From the NCBI RefSeq assembly GCF_018350175.1, contig NC_058368.1, positions 22,446,001 through 22,510,000 on the forward strand: 64,000 bases of DNA. The letters are read 5' to 3'. Below are positions 36,758-50,458 of this stretch, one piece after another. Each line of letters starts with the position of its first letter. The stretch's first letter is position 1. A model generated the notes under the pieces. The model ran no database searches. It worked only from the letters and a program-made list of their open reading frames with translations, and had not been told where the DNA came from. Both the position numbers and the translations under genes were made by a program. This DNA comes from Felis catus (Eukaryota).

Positions 36758-36972
36758 AGGCAGTGTGGGAGCTCACAAGTGTTGAAATCAGAACATCTGG
36801 CTTTGATATTAAATCTTGCTGCCTACAGGCTTTGTGATACTGGGCAAAGCATGTAACCTCTCTGAGGGTCTATGCCCCGTTTCTGGACTATAGGTAATTA
36901 TGTCTTTATAGAGTTAGAAGATCTAAATGACCACACGCATGTGAAGCCCCTTTGAAATTTGTAAAACTCACT
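36758..36972 (+). mobile_element. MIR
   Basis: aggcagtgtgg...tgtgatactgggcaa...aacctctctgag. Confidence 0.7.
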
Positions 36973-37939
36973 ACCTAAATGTGAGGTATATTGTGAGTAT
37001 CTCTACTGTTTCTGCTGTTAGCTGCTGACACTGTGCCTTCTGGGCCTGACTCGGCCTTGCAGCACCTGGGCTGGTTGACTGTTGCCTAAGCTTGTTTGTC
37101 TCCCCAGCATCCAGCAGTGTTTCTTCAAGGTAGACGGTGCCACTGATCAGTATTGCCCATGTCAAAAAGATAATCTGCTTCATTTAGAGTTGACTGTAAC
37201 AAAACTGATGGATTTGAGGTTTATATTCTTTCATGTCTTCTGCCCACGTTTGCTCCAGGTCCTAAGGAAATGTTAAATGAGCATAAATCTGGGTAACTAT
37301 TAGGAAGAGGAAGGAAAGGAAGGGTCTACACAGCTGAGGTTGTGGGTAATTGGCTCCCTAGCTATTGAAGGTTAAGTATGGTGACTCATCAAAGCACAAT
37401 GTTCTTCCTAAGAGTTTTTATCATTCACATTTAACCTGGTTTGCTCAATGCAGCAGAGAACATAAAAACCTCAGGAAGCTGACATCTTAAAAAGCTTTTA
37501 GAAAGTAATGAATCAGATTTAAGAATCTCTTCAAATTTAACATTCACTTCAAATTCAACATTCTCTTGCTTTTATTTTTTATTATTATAAAATTTCCTCA
37601 TTTGAGAGAAAAATCTCTCCTTTTTTATTCTTTATATACTTTACCTTCAATCATAACAAATTCTCTTAAGATTTTCTGAAGCCTTTAAATACCTACTACC
37701 CACAAAGGCAGATATGATTTCCAGCTGTTTCCTTTTCTTCTTCTCCTTTTTTTGAAAAGATTTATTCATTCAAGTTCAAGGTGACAATTTTACCAAAAGG
37801 GTTTTAGCCATACAAAGCTAACAAGGACATATTTCATATAAACTCAACATTTTCTTTGAGCCAACCATATAAAGTACTATACTAATAATTAGAATCAGTA
37901 AATTGTATATAGGAAAAAATGTATTAAGAACTTTAAAAA

Positions 37940-38368
37940 GTTCTCTAGACCCAGTAATTCCATTTCCAGTAAACAATCTTGAGAAAATAAAGAGAGAGAT
38001 GGCATTTCTTGTAATAGTGAAAAATTGAGAAAAACTCAAAGGTCCAACTTTAGGATGATGGTTAAGTAAATTATTACTTCTTGAATAATATGCAGGCATT
38101 AAAGATGGTAATTTCAAAAAAAATTAACTACATGGAAAAATGCTGGCTAACATGATATTCAGTGAAAACCCAGGTACACATATTTTAATATCGCAGGCAT
38201 CTCACTTAGAGAATATATACATATTTATATAAAAGAGAAACCTATGAATATATTAACTGAGGTTACCTATGGGTGATGGAAATATCTGTAAGATTCATTT
38301 TTATTTTAATTCTTTTGAATTTTCCAAAGGTTCTTCAACAGAAACATTTAAATTGCATAATCAGAAAA
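37940..38368 (+). mobile_element. Ancient L1 (L1ME/MC-type) 3' end
   Basis: gacccagtaattccattt...aatagtgaaaaattg...atggttaagtaaattat...ggttacctatgggtgatgg. Confidence 0.7.
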
Positions 38369-38380
38369 AGGATTACTTTA

Positions 38381-38609
38381 TTTTTTATTTTATTTTATTT
38401 TAATTTTTTTAATGTTTATTCATTTTTGGGGAGAGAGAGAGACAGAGCACGAGTGGGAGAGGGACAGAGAGAGAGGGAGACACAGAATCTGAAGCAGGCT
38501 TCAGGCTCTGAGCTGTCAGCACAGAGCCCAGCGTGGGGCTCAAACCCATGAACTGGAAATCATGACCTGAATCCAAGTTGGATACTTAACTGATCCACCC
38601 AGGTTCCCC
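38381..38609 (-). mobile_element. Can-SINE
   Basis: TSD agaaaaag(g/t)atta(c/t)ttta on both flanks. Confidence 0.93.
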
Positions 38610-40754
38610 AGAAAAAGTATTATTTTAAATACGCCTAACACAACATTTACAGTTATTACTCTGCCAAATTTTTACATTATGATAAAACATTATATTTCTA
38701 ATGACTTCAAAGAACAAAAATAAAGGAGTTGGGCAGCAGAGGTCAATAGTATTTAACCTGCCCTGGACCCCTTCCTACACATGTTTACCGTCTTGATTTT
38801 GTAGGTCCATTTGACCGGGCACACAACAGAACTTTCTGGAAGGGTTTCTGAAATCCTTCACACTAGTAAAGGATTTTGGTATTCTCCTTCACTGGATCTT
38901 GTCTGATCACAAATAGAACAGGCTGGGGTTGTGGGTGGTGAGGGCAGAAAGGACTGGTGACCTCGTTTAGTGCAAAGTTTAGTGTGGTTATGGTTATGGG
39001 TGGGTCATGGGTTTTGATCCCAGCCAGGTCTATTGCTACCTCTCTCATGTGGATTAACTGACATTACCTAGGTTAGCATGACACCTGGCCCCATAGTTAG
39101 CACTCAGTAAAAGTTGGCTCTTACTGAACTTCAAAAGAAATAGAACACTTTCATCAACTCCCCGGGCATGAGTTAGAACAATCTCAGCAGGTGTAGTCAC
39201 CTGGCTGCCCTCTTGGTAGGAAGGAAGTAATTAACAGGCCCAGGCTTGTGTTTTGTTGTTGTTGGGGGTGGGGAGGAGTGGAGGATTCAAAAAGCCCCCA
39301 AAAGGGCTGTGTCAGGGAAACACAGAGTTGGAGGCAGCAGATCAAGTTTGAGAGAGAGGGCTTAATTTTGGAGGGGTAGTTTGGGGACAGAAGTGGAGTG
39401 ACCTGGGTAACAACAGTCTTCAGCTGGCTGATTGGGGAGTGTGAGAGCTGCTGCTCCTTGACCTCCCAGACACCTCAGCCCAAAGGACAAGGAAAGGAGG
39501 CCACCACGGCTCCTGTCCCTGTCACCTCCTCTCCAGCAGAGTGGTCAAATGCCTCCTTCCCCTGAACCTGAAACCCAGGGAAGATGAAGAATAGATAGTT
39601 CTGGCAACACTGCTGAACCGCTTAATCTGACGAACAATCAGGACCCACCTCCCCCACCAGTCATGTGGTGGTGGGGTTGGGGGCAGTGTCAGGGGCAACC
39701 GGTGGAAAGCGAGACTTCTCCCTTATTCTGACTCCTCCATTGTTGGCTGCCAAGAATGACAGAAACTATTGCATAGGTTCAAACTGGTGCTCACATGTAC
39801 TCAGGGGAAAGGAGGCAGGGAGAAGTGCCCAGGACGGCAGAAAAATCAAGAATTTGACATTTTGCTCTTCGAATTGCTTAGAAAGAAATTAGTGCCTTGA
39901 ACGGTTTGTAGGAGAGAATCCTTGTCCTGTCTGATGGGGAAATTTGAATTAAAAAGAAAAGCAAGGTAGTGAGATTGGTGAGTGATTCTTAGAGAAGCAC
40001 AGAAAGAATTTCCCTTTCAAAGGGATGGTTCCAGGGATGGTTCCCCTGGTTCTCAGCACACTTGATGGCAAAATGAGGCTAAAATCAGTTCCCATCCTCT
40101 GCCACCTGACTGGCAGCTCAACCTCAGAGGAGAAAGTTGGTCTGCTTAAAGGCACCATTTGACTTGGCCCATGTTGGGGTGGGGCAGCCTGGGTTGACTT
40201 TAAATAGCCTCTCCTCCATCTGCCAGGCACCGGTTCTCCTCCAATCTGCATTTAGATGTATCTTTCTACTTCCGGTAAATATGGATTGTTTCTCTCAGTA
40301 AGAATCCAACATCATGGGCCAGGATAATCACCCAGGAAAAGTCAGGCCTCTGAGGGAAGTGGTGGATAGATGGTAGAGGAAGTTGCCTTTACTTAGAGAA
40401 AATCTCTCCCTTTTGTGGTCTGTAAATTTTGGAACAGTCATGGTCTCCCAGCTCTTGCCTCCTGGCTCTCCTACTGGCCTTTCCTTTCATCTAGAACTCT
40501 CTTCAGGTTGTAATAAAATACTGTGCATTTGAGAAAAAAATTTATCCTATTGGAGACTAAATTCTTTGGGCCATAAAGGCCTTTTTTAGCTTTAGCGTCC
40601 TCTATTAAAATGCAAACATTTAAGGAAAGAGTAAAATCTACAGCGTTTTCTAGCTAATCCCTTACCACCATCTCTTAGTATCACTTTAGCAAACATTTAC
40701 TGGGTCCTTACAACCTACTTATTTATTTGCTTATTCATTTTTTCATTTGTCTGT

Positions 40755-40976
40755 TTAAAGTTGGGTTTCTTGAAGTATACTTTACATATAGTCAAATTTA
40801 TGCTTTTCAGTGTATAGGTCCTGCTTTTGGTAAAAACATGGCAGTCATGTAAACTCACCATCAAGCTATAGAACATTTTTATCACCCCTGAAAGTTCATA
40901 TGGTCTCTTACCCTCCAGCCCCAGGCCCTGGCAACGATGGACTTATTTTCTGTCCCTATAGTTTTGCCTTTTCCAG
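40755..40976 (-). mobile_element. L1MB-type 3' end
   Basis: atagaacattttt.atcacccc...ccctggcaac...ttttctgtccctatagttttgccttttccag. Confidence 0.8.
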
Positions 40977-41689
40977 CCCCTATTATTTATAAAAATAAAA
41001 CACCCTCTCCTCAAAAAATGAACCCAAGCTGTATTCAGTTCTGTTCACAATTTAGTTTATTAATCATTTCCCTTGAGGAGGGTGTGTATAACCTTTCAGA
41101 CTCATTTCCAGTCTTGGCAGCAAGCCAAACACTTGATAATTGGGAAGCCATTGAATGTGAGCTGGGAAAAGAGGAAAGAGAACCAGACAAGATGGCCATT
41201 TAGGTGGGCGGGGCCACTGCTTTAAGAAGCACTTGCCTGGCTGCAAGCCAGAAGGTGGGCAAGTCCTAGAATACCTTTCACCAGGGCTCTTCTTGATTGC
41301 CTGCTCCTCCAAAAAGTAAATCCAGGTCAGAGGCAAACTTTGTGAGGATGGTTCCCTGATTTTTGATCTCTACCTTTCCCTTTCTTCACTCAGGGTTATC
41401 TGCTTTGGGTGACTGGTTGTGAAAGGTAAAGGACAGACGAGACTGGAATTACTCCCACGTTTCTGGCTTCAGCCACTGAGTAGGTGATGCTGCCAGTAAT
41501 AAGGTAGGAAAATGAGGAGAAATATTTCTTGCACTTCTATGTGTCAGGCACTCATGATTTCATTTAGTCATCTCAGTAATCAAATGAGCTTCTAAGGCAG
41601 GGACCCCTGCCCTAAGCCCGCTAGAAGTCCTGTTCCCCAGCATCCAGTTATGACTGTGAGTTTACCCTTCCCATCTTCCTAACTCCCCC

Positions 41690-41950
41690 TCCCTTTCCTT
41701 TGCATTGGTCTGCCTTAATTCAATGCCATCATCTCTGGCCTGCATGTTTGCAATTGTCAATTAGGATTCTCTCCACTCCAGTCTGGTTCTAATTTAGCCC
41801 CTCATGGCTACCAAAGTTATTTTTCTCAAATGCAAATTGGGTCATACTTGTCCCCTGCTTAAATTCCCTCTGTGACTTTCCATCTTCCTCAGCACAAAAG
41901 TGCAACTGTACCTCCTGGAAAACAACACAAGCTCCTCTCCCAACCTCCTC
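41690..41950 (+). mobile_element. L2 fragment
   Basis: aaatgcaaattgggtcat...ctgcttaaa..cc.tctgtgact. Confidence 0.55.
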
Positions 41951-43669
41951 TGTTGTGCCCAGAAATCTGCTGGTGGCCCCAGGTGACCACATTAGTTCAT
42001 GCTAATCCTCTCCCCCTCACCCTCTCCTAGCCATGCCCTGGGATGCACTGCATCTCTTATTCTAGATGCAGCTCCAACATTACTCTTCCTGAGAAGTCTC
42101 TCTTGTTCCCTCACCAAACACAACCTTGACTTCTCCTTTCCTTGTTCTTTACTGTATCCTGACAACATTCTCTCACAGCCCCTTCCAGAGTTCCTTGCAC
42201 TCATATACTTACACCTCTGGCTGGTGAGCACTCTTTCCTTTGCCCTCCTGCAATGCAATTCTTAGTAAATGACAAAGTCCTATTTTAAATTCTTGTTTTC
42301 CACAACATGACTAACTCAAAGAGTTGAAATTTGAACCTAGAAAGCTGGCTGATACTCAAACCCAGGCTATTCCTCCTGCATAAGTTGTAGAAGCACATTT
42401 GGGAAGAAAGAAGATTTTATTTGGGGATGTGTTGTGTTTGAGATTCCTGTGGTCGTTGAGGTGACTGTGTGTAGTAAGCTATTGGAAAGTAGAGTATGGA
42501 GCTTAGGAAGAAGTTTTAGTTTGGATTTTTAGTAACTAATTCTGTTTGCTAGGCTCTAACCACTCTCACTTTTGGACACTTCCCTCCATGTCATGTCAAA
42601 ATATTTTGTATGCAATATATTAAATAGATAATCCTATGAGTTAAATTGCAAATAGCTATTGGCATGATTAGCAGGCAGTCGATCAAACATTTTCTTTTTC
42701 AGTTTTCCTTTCTTTCTTATTCTTTTTCTTCCTCCTTTCCTTTCATTTCCAAATATTTCTTTGACCTTTGAAAAGGCAGGGAATTTTTAATATCCCTTTG
42801 GTGCTTGTTGGGTAGAATAGCCTACATGTAAGTGGCAATTGAAGCCCTGACCCCAGAGGACCAAGGGATGCCTGGAGGTGGGGAGATTAAACCCTCCAAT
42901 AACCTACGTCTGCCCCCAACAAGCCATCCTAAATAAAGAGAAACTGCAAATAAAAGTATCTAGCTTATTCTGTAAACTCCATTTCAAGACAAATCTCCCA
43001 GCTCTCCCTGTGTAGAAATTCTGAGTTTGGATAAGCAATATTCCTTTGTCAAATGAGAAGATGGCTGAGAAAACCCAATAGAACACTAACATGTGAAGTG
43101 CCCAGCAAAGGAACAGGAGCCTGGGGGGAGGGCCCAGATGGGAGGCTAGGGATAGAGGTGTACCATATAGTAGAGGGTAAGGGTTTCTAAAAGGGAAGCA
43201 GTTAATGGTCAGAAGGGTTCAGTAAAATGTTAAATAGTCCATTGAAATAGTCAATTCAGGAGCCACTGGTGGCAAAGCCAGTTAATGTTTTAAGCTAATG
43301 TTTTAAGCTAAGTGAGAGGGAGTTAAGAGAACTGAGCAAGTGTAGACAATGTTTTAAAGACACTAGACTATTAGGGGAGGGAAGGAGAGATAGAGGGCAC
43401 AGCTAGATGCAACTCGAGTCTGTTTAGTTTTACAATCGGGAAGCCAATAGATGCTAAGGAGTCTGAGGGGAAAGAGTCAGTGGAAAACATGGGCTGTTGT
43501 CCATACACCAGGCTAAAGTTAATTCCTTTACTTCCATTCAATCCTCTTTGTCACCTCAAGGACATTGCTCCAGGATTTTCTCTTTCTCTCTTACCTAATG
43601 AAATTTTCCTTTCTATTGGGTCTTTTCTGTCAGCACACAAACCCACTAAGATTTCCCTCATCTTTAAAA

Positions 43670-43889
43670 TTTTTTTTAACATTTATTTATTTTTGAGCGA
43701 CAGAGAGAGACAGAGCATGAGTGGGGGAGGGGCAGAGAGAGAGAGACGGAGACACAGAATCCGAAGCAGGCTGCAGGCTCTGAGCAAGCTGTCAGCACAG
43801 AGCCTGATGTGGGGCTTGAACCCACAAACTGTGAGATCATGACCTGAGCCAAAGTCGGACGCCCAACCGACTGAGCCACCCAGGCACCC
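43670..43889 (-). mobile_element. Can-SINE
   Basis: Flanks agatttc..ctcatctttaaaa on both sides. Confidence 0.95.
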
Positions 43890-44426
43890 AGATTTCTCTC
43901 ATCTTTAAAACAAACAAAATACCAACCAAATAAAATATTTTGAACTCATTTTCCCCTTTCAAGCCATTGCCTGGTTTTCCCCTTCCATTATCAACAAAAC
44001 ACTTTGAAAGAGGTTTCTGTATTAGTTGTCTCTAATTTCTTATCTCTCATTCTCTCCTAGATTAGTTCGTGTGAGTGGTGGTGGAACAGAGGTGTATGCC
44101 TGTCACTCTGTTGAAAATTTCCCATCAAAGTTCTCAAAGACCTTAGGTGGCTAAATTCAATGGTCAACGAACAGTCTTCATTTTCTGTGACCTAAATGCA
44201 GCATTGGATAGATGTGATCACTCCTGTCTCTTGACATACTCTCCTCACTTGACATCCAGGCATCAATTATCTTATTTTTTTTTATTTATACCTTGCACCC
44301 ATGGTGATTTTCACCCTAGTCTTATGACCTGGACCTCTCCCCAGAACTACAGACTGTATGACTGTATATCCAACTACATATTCAACATCTCCACCTGGAT
44401 GTCTAGTTAGCATTCAAAACCAAGCT

Positions 44427-45200
44427 TCACACCTGTCAGAGTGGCTTAAGTTAATAACTCAGGAAACAACAGATGTTGGTGAGGATGTGGGGAAAGGGGA
44501 ACCCGTTTACACTGTTGGTGGGAATGCAAACTGGAGCAGCCACTCTGGAAAACAGTATGGAAGTTTCTTAAAAAATTAAAAATAGAACTACCCTATGACC
44601 CAGCAATTGCACCACTAGATATTTATCCAAAGGATACAAAAATGCTGATTTGAAGGGGCACATGAACCCTGATGTTATAGCAGCACTATCAACAATAGCC
44701 AGATTATGGAAAGAGCCCAAATGCCCATTGACTGATGAATGGATAAAGAAGATGTGGTATACATGTACAATGGAATACTACCTGGTGATGAAAAAGAATG
44801 AAATCTTGCCATTTGCAATGGTGTGGATGGAACTAGAGGGTATTATGCTAAGCCGACAAAGTCAGTCAGAGAAAGACAAACATCAGATGATTTCCCTCAT
44901 ATGTGGAATTTAAGAAACACAGCAGATGAACTTAGGGGAAGGAAGGAAAAATAAGATAAAAATGCAGAGGGAACAAACCATAAGAGACTCTTAAATTCAG
45001 AGAACAAACTGAGGGGTGCTGGAGGGGAGGTTGGTGGGGAGATGGGTCAAAAGGGTGATGGGCATTAAGGAGGGCACTTTTGGGGATGAACACTGGGTGT
45101 CCTATGTAAGACATGAACCACTGGGTTCTACTACTGAAACCAAGAATACATTGTGTGTTAACTAACTTGAATTTAAATAAAAAATAAAATAAAATGAAGT
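44427..45200 (+). mobile_element. Carnivore L1, 5'-truncated (ORF2 C-terminus plus 3' UTR)
   Basis: ORF 44650-44913 (AALSTIARLWKEPKCP..DEWIKKMWY..MEYY..KKNEILPF) is the L1 ORF2 end; A-rich tail; TSD-like aaaac(a)caagct. Confidence 0.95.
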
Positions 45201-46071
45201 TAAAAACACAAGCTACTGATATTCCACCCCAGTACTTAACCCTTCCAAAATCTTCCTCATCCCAGCAAGTAACAACTCTGTGCTAACAGTTTCCAAGGCC
45301 TAGTACTCCAGAATTATCCTTGATCCTTCTCTTGTTCTCTTACTCTACATCTGATTTCTTAGCAAGTACTGTTGGCTCCACCTTCAAAATATATCCAGGA
45401 TCTGGTCACTTCCTACCACCTCCACTGCTAACTCCTTAGGGCCTGCCAGACCACCATCATCTTTCACCTGGATTTGTTACATCAGCCTCCTAACTGGACT
45501 CTCTGCTTCTACTCTTATGTCCTTCAGTCTATTCTCAGAACAGTAGCCAGGATGTTGGATGTAATCCAGATCACATCACTCCTCTCGTCAAAATCCCCTA
45601 GTGGCCTCCCAGCTCATTCAGAATAAAACCCAGTTGCCATGACCCATAAGACCTCACTGATCTCCTTTCATTGGCTCCTTGATATACCTTGAGCACCCAC
45701 ATGCTGTTCCAGGCATGTCACACTTCAGGGCCTTTGCACTTGCTTTTTCTGCCTGGAATGCTCTTCCCCTTGTCTCTCTCAAGTTTTTGTTTCAATGCCA
45801 CCTTCTACAGGTGACACCCAACCATTCTATTTAAAATTGCAGCATTTTCTCCTTGATGCATCACTTTTGATTCTGTGCTGTATCTCTCTTGTTGGGGTAA
45901 GGATTTTTGTCTGTTTTATCCACCGTGATATCCCCAGTGTCTAGGACAGTTCTTGACACTTAAGATATTGAATGAATGAGGTTGACAATACTGGAGAGCA
46001 GAGGGGTTATTGATGGATCGAGTTTCAGAAGGGACTATGTGGAAGGACAAATGCAAAAAATATTAAATTCC

Positions 46072-46272
46072 TTTTTTTTTAAAAGCTTATTTATTTATTT
46101 TGAGGGAGAGAGAGAAAGCACGTGCGAGCAAGCAGGGGAGGGGCAGAAAGAGAGGGAGGGAAAATCCCAAGCAGGCTTTGTGCTGTCAGCACAGAACCTG
46201 ATGCTCAATCTCACCAACAGTGAGATCATGACCTGAGCTGAGATCAAGAGTCAGATGCTTAACTGCCCACCA
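46072..46272 (-). mobile_element. Can-SINE, partly deleted
   Basis: tgagatcatgacctgagctgagatcaagagtcagatgcttaact. Confidence 0.88.
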
Positions 46273-48944
46273 AAATACTTATTTTAAGAGGCAGGGCAGA
46301 GTAGGGAGCCAAGAAAGCTCCTTATACTATTGTTTGCACGTTGACTGAAGGAAATCAGTACCAGTGTGTCCCCTTTCCTATACATTTACATTTTCAAGGC
46401 TTTTATCTCTAATTATGGCGGGGGAAGAAAACTTTGTCCTCATGTTAAACAAGGAATTGCCTGTGCTATCAAGAACATTGGTGGATATTTACCCAGGAAG
46501 CACAGAGGCCTCTCTTGACCTTGAAATCATCTTGTACCTGAAATAAATACGCCTTACTCTCAAAGACATCATTTCTGAAGCATCAAGCAAATTCTATCAG
46601 CAGTAACGGTAATAGTAGCAGTACTGGCTTGCTTGCTTGTGATGCTAGACTCTGGTCCTTCCAAAGATTGGTCCTCCTGTGTCCTCTTCCATCCCTTGGA
46701 CCCAATACTCATCATATCCTAAGGATCCAGAGCCAGTGTTGCTAAACTCTCTTCCCTGAGGGTGCCTTTCTTCCTCTTCAACCTGAAAATCCTGGTGATA
46801 ATCACAAGCTCCAAATCACAGATTTTCCTCAGCCTTACATCCTTCACACTTAACCTGGGGAGAAGTGGGCAATTACATTAATTGATCAAGGACAAGTGCA
46901 AGGATGGGGGGTGTCAAGGATGGAATAAGAGAAGACCAGGGAGGAGACTGGATACCTAGGGGAATGGGCATGAACACTGAGAAGCTTGGATGTACTTGGG
47001 ACAAGGGTAATGGTCACAATGCTGTTTGTCATATTAATTTTGCTCTAAGTTTTATCTAAGGATAACATGAACCCTCTATAAGAAGTAAGTATATATGAAA
47101 CACATATGATACTTGGTTTCATTATTTTGTACCTCACTCTTCATATTCTTGAATCTACATAGTTTTTGCAACTAGAAAATAAAGAGGGAACATTTGCAGG
47201 AAAGCAAAGACAAACATGGTTTTTCATGGTTGTGGTGAATTCATGAAGTTCAAGCGATTTTTAAACCCCTCCTTAATTAATCAGTAGATTACTGTGTAAC
47301 AGGTACTGTAGTGAATAGTTTGTTTTGTTATTTAAGCTAGATTGTTTTGACCACTTTACATTTCAGTTTGTTCCAATACAGGAGTAACAAACAAGAATAA
47401 TATGGATGCGAGAAGGAATGGTGGTAAAATAAAACAAGAGATACTGATAGGCTCCCGGGTTCAGGCTGGAGAAAATCAGAGGATATGATTTCAAAAAATC
47501 ATTCTAGAATTTTCCCTGTGCTTTGTTCATGCACCATAGGGATCTATCGTAAAGGACTTTTTCGTAGACCTGTTTTGGGATCCACTCTAGCAGTTTTTGA
47601 GGTCAAATAGATTTTGACCTTCAGACCTCTCACTTGCAGAGAAGAGAATTCTTAGGAGAGGTGCCTTCGTAAGGGTCATTTAGATAAGATAACTTAGGTG
47701 ACACAGACCTTCCTCAGATTCCAGTAGCATTACTGGAGCATCACCTTATGGTTGCTACTTGCTTATCTATACTCTACCTGGTAGACCTAAGAAGATTTTT
47801 CTACTGACAGTAAAATGTGGTCATTCTAATGAAATCCCTTAAAAATACAGCAGGTCAAGGTTTTTAATATAGCCTACATTTTATTACTGCCTCTTTTATG
47901 GAAAATGAAGAGTTTCTTTTGTAAATGTAAGGAGTTTTGTAAACTCCTAAGTATAAAGAATTATACAGCTTTTATATTTTAGTTTTAAATACTTAGATTT
48001 TACTCTGTAAGGACAGAACCCAGAACACTCATTTAAAATCTAGAATTGCATAAAATGGAGACACATTGAAGACTAACGATATTGGCGTGACTGATGATGG
48101 CCCATGTTTTATTTCTGATCTTCTTTTTTATTTAGATGTACTCAAAATACTAGAGTTGATTCTACAGCTTGTAGCTGTAAGTCCCCCGCATTCCTGATGC
48201 TGGTGGGTGTCTCCGTGTAGCTGTTTTTGGTCCCTTCATACTTATGTATAACTGTATTATTAATGTAAGGAGGATATGAGGTCAAACACACATTTAATGT
48301 TGGACTTGGGTCTTGGAGTCTTCATAGGATTTGAAATATGAAATTTAATCTTTTGGTATTCTATAAAGGAAAAACAATATTGTTTTTAGTAAAAATACAG
48401 CCTGAATAAAATTTGAAAGCTCAGCTTCCTACCATAAACTTTCTTCCCCCCATTAAAACATGGTTTCTTATCAAAAGCAATAAACTTTGAGGGGCCAATT
48501 TGGTTCTAGAGAAATCCTGTGGTTTCTTTTTATATTGTATACATGTTGAATAAGGACACTTGTTGAAAGGTATCAGATTCAAAATAACAGGAGAAAAACA
48601 GAAGAGAATTTATTATTTCTGGTGTTCTCTTCACTCTTCTTTGCAAGAGTGGGAGGCAGGGGCAGTATCTCTGCACCACACACAAAATCAAATAGGGGAG
48701 TTCATTGGACATACATACTCCTTTAAGGGAGCCCAAAGTCTGCATTTTCCTGGAGAAATGCCCAAGTGAAGGTGTATTCCAGAGAGTATGCTAGAATTCT
48801 AGAGACTTTTCAAGTAAAATAACCCAGGGACCACCTTCTCATGGCTTCAGTCACATGAAACTTAGAAATAAGGATGAGAAGTTACCTCTTGTTCCATTCT
48901 CCCAGTGGCAATATGAAGCCTTATGGATCTCTGACTCCTTCTGT

Positions 48945-49440
48945 CTTTTATTACTGAAGTGTAATTGACACACAGTGTTATATTAGTTTCAGGTGCACAC
49001 CACAGTCATTCAACAATTCCATGCATTGCTCAATGGCCACCACAATAAGTAATACAATGGTATTACAATATTATTGGCTATATTCCCTATGCTGTATTTT
49101 TCACCTCTGTGATAAAGAGGAGGTGGTATATTCAAACAATAGACTATTACTCAACCATAAAAAAGGATGAAATCTTGCCATGGGCCACAACATGGATGGA
49201 CCTGGAGGGTATTCCGCTAAGTGAAATAAATCAGAAAGAGAAAGGCAAATACCATATGGTTTCACTTACATGTGGAATCTGAAAACAAACAAACAAATGA
49301 ATGAACAAACAAACAAAAAACAGACCCTTAAATGTGGAGAACAAATTGGTGGTTACCAGAAGGGATGGGGAGGATGAGTGAAATAGATAAAGGGGATTAA
49401 GAGGTACAAACTTTTCAGTTATAAAATAAATAAGTCACGG
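48945..49440 (-). mobile_element. L1 3' end with 5' inversion (twin priming)
   Basis: Minus-strand terminal piece 48945-49112 joined to the plus-strand upstream piece 49111-49440. Confidence 0.85.
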
Positions 49441-49556
49441 AAATCATCTCTTATTTTCAGTTCATGCACAGCACCAGCACTGTAACTGCTGCTCTCCCGA
49501 GCAGTCCAACCTCTCACCCCTAGGCTTGGAACCTGACTCTAAATAAGAATTTTGTA

Positions 49557-50458
49557 TTTTTTAATGTTTTCAGTTTTTATTTAAATTCTAGTTAGTTAAC
49601 ACATAGGATAATACTGGTTTCAGGAGTAAAATTTAATGATTCATCACGTATACATAACACCCAGTGCTCATCACAACGAGTGCTCTCCTTAATGCCCATC
49701 ACTCTTTTAGCCCATCTCCCCACCCCACTTCCCCTCCAGCAACCTTCAGTTTGTTCTCTATAGTTAAGAGTCTCTTACGGTTTGCTTTCCTCACTCTCTT
49801 TTTTCCCCTTCTATGTTCACCTGTTTTGTTTCTTAAATTCCACATATCAGTGAAATCATATGGTAATTGTTTTTCTCTGACTTATTTCACTTAGCATAAT
49901 ACACTCTAGCTCCATCCACATCATTGCAAATGGCAAGCTTTCATTCTTTTTGATAGCTGAGTAATATTTTATTATTTACCTATATACCACATCTTCCTTA
50001 TCCATTCATCAGTCAATGGACATTTGAGCCCTTTCCATAATTAGACTATTCTTGATAATGCTGATACAAACATCAGGGGCATGTGCTCCTTTGAATCAGT
50101 ATTTTTGTATCCTTTAGTAAATATCTAGTAGTGCAATTGCTGGGTAGTAGGGTAGTTCTATTTTTAACTTTTTGAGGAAACTCTGCACTGTTTTCCAGAG
50201 TGGCTGCACCAGTTTGCATTCCCACTAACAGCGCAAGGGGGTTCCCCTTTCTCCACAACCTCGCCAACATCTGTTGTTTCCTGTGTTGTTAATTTAAACC
50301 GTTCTGGCAGGTGTGAGGTGGTATCTCACTATGGTTTTGATTTGTATCTCCCTGATTATGAGTGACATTGAGCATCTTTTCATGGGTCTGTTAGCCATCT
50401 GCATGTCTTCTTTGGAAAAATGCCTGTTCATGTCTTCTGCTCATTTCTTAACTGGATT
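49557..50458 (-). mobile_element. Carnivore L1, 5'-truncated
   Basis: 3' UTR plus ORF2 tail (ORF 50073-50270 [27 protein letters not shown] is a typical L1 off-frame peptide). Confidence 0.93.

Larger units (their letters stand above)
43500..45978 (+). mobile_element. Long L2 remnant hosting a SINE and an L1
   Basis: ctaaattcaatggtca, atctccacctggatgtcta, caccttcaaaatatatccag, cagcctcctaactgg, gcctttgcacttgct..tctgcctggaatgctcttccc, terminal tgaatgaatga. Confidence 0.8.
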
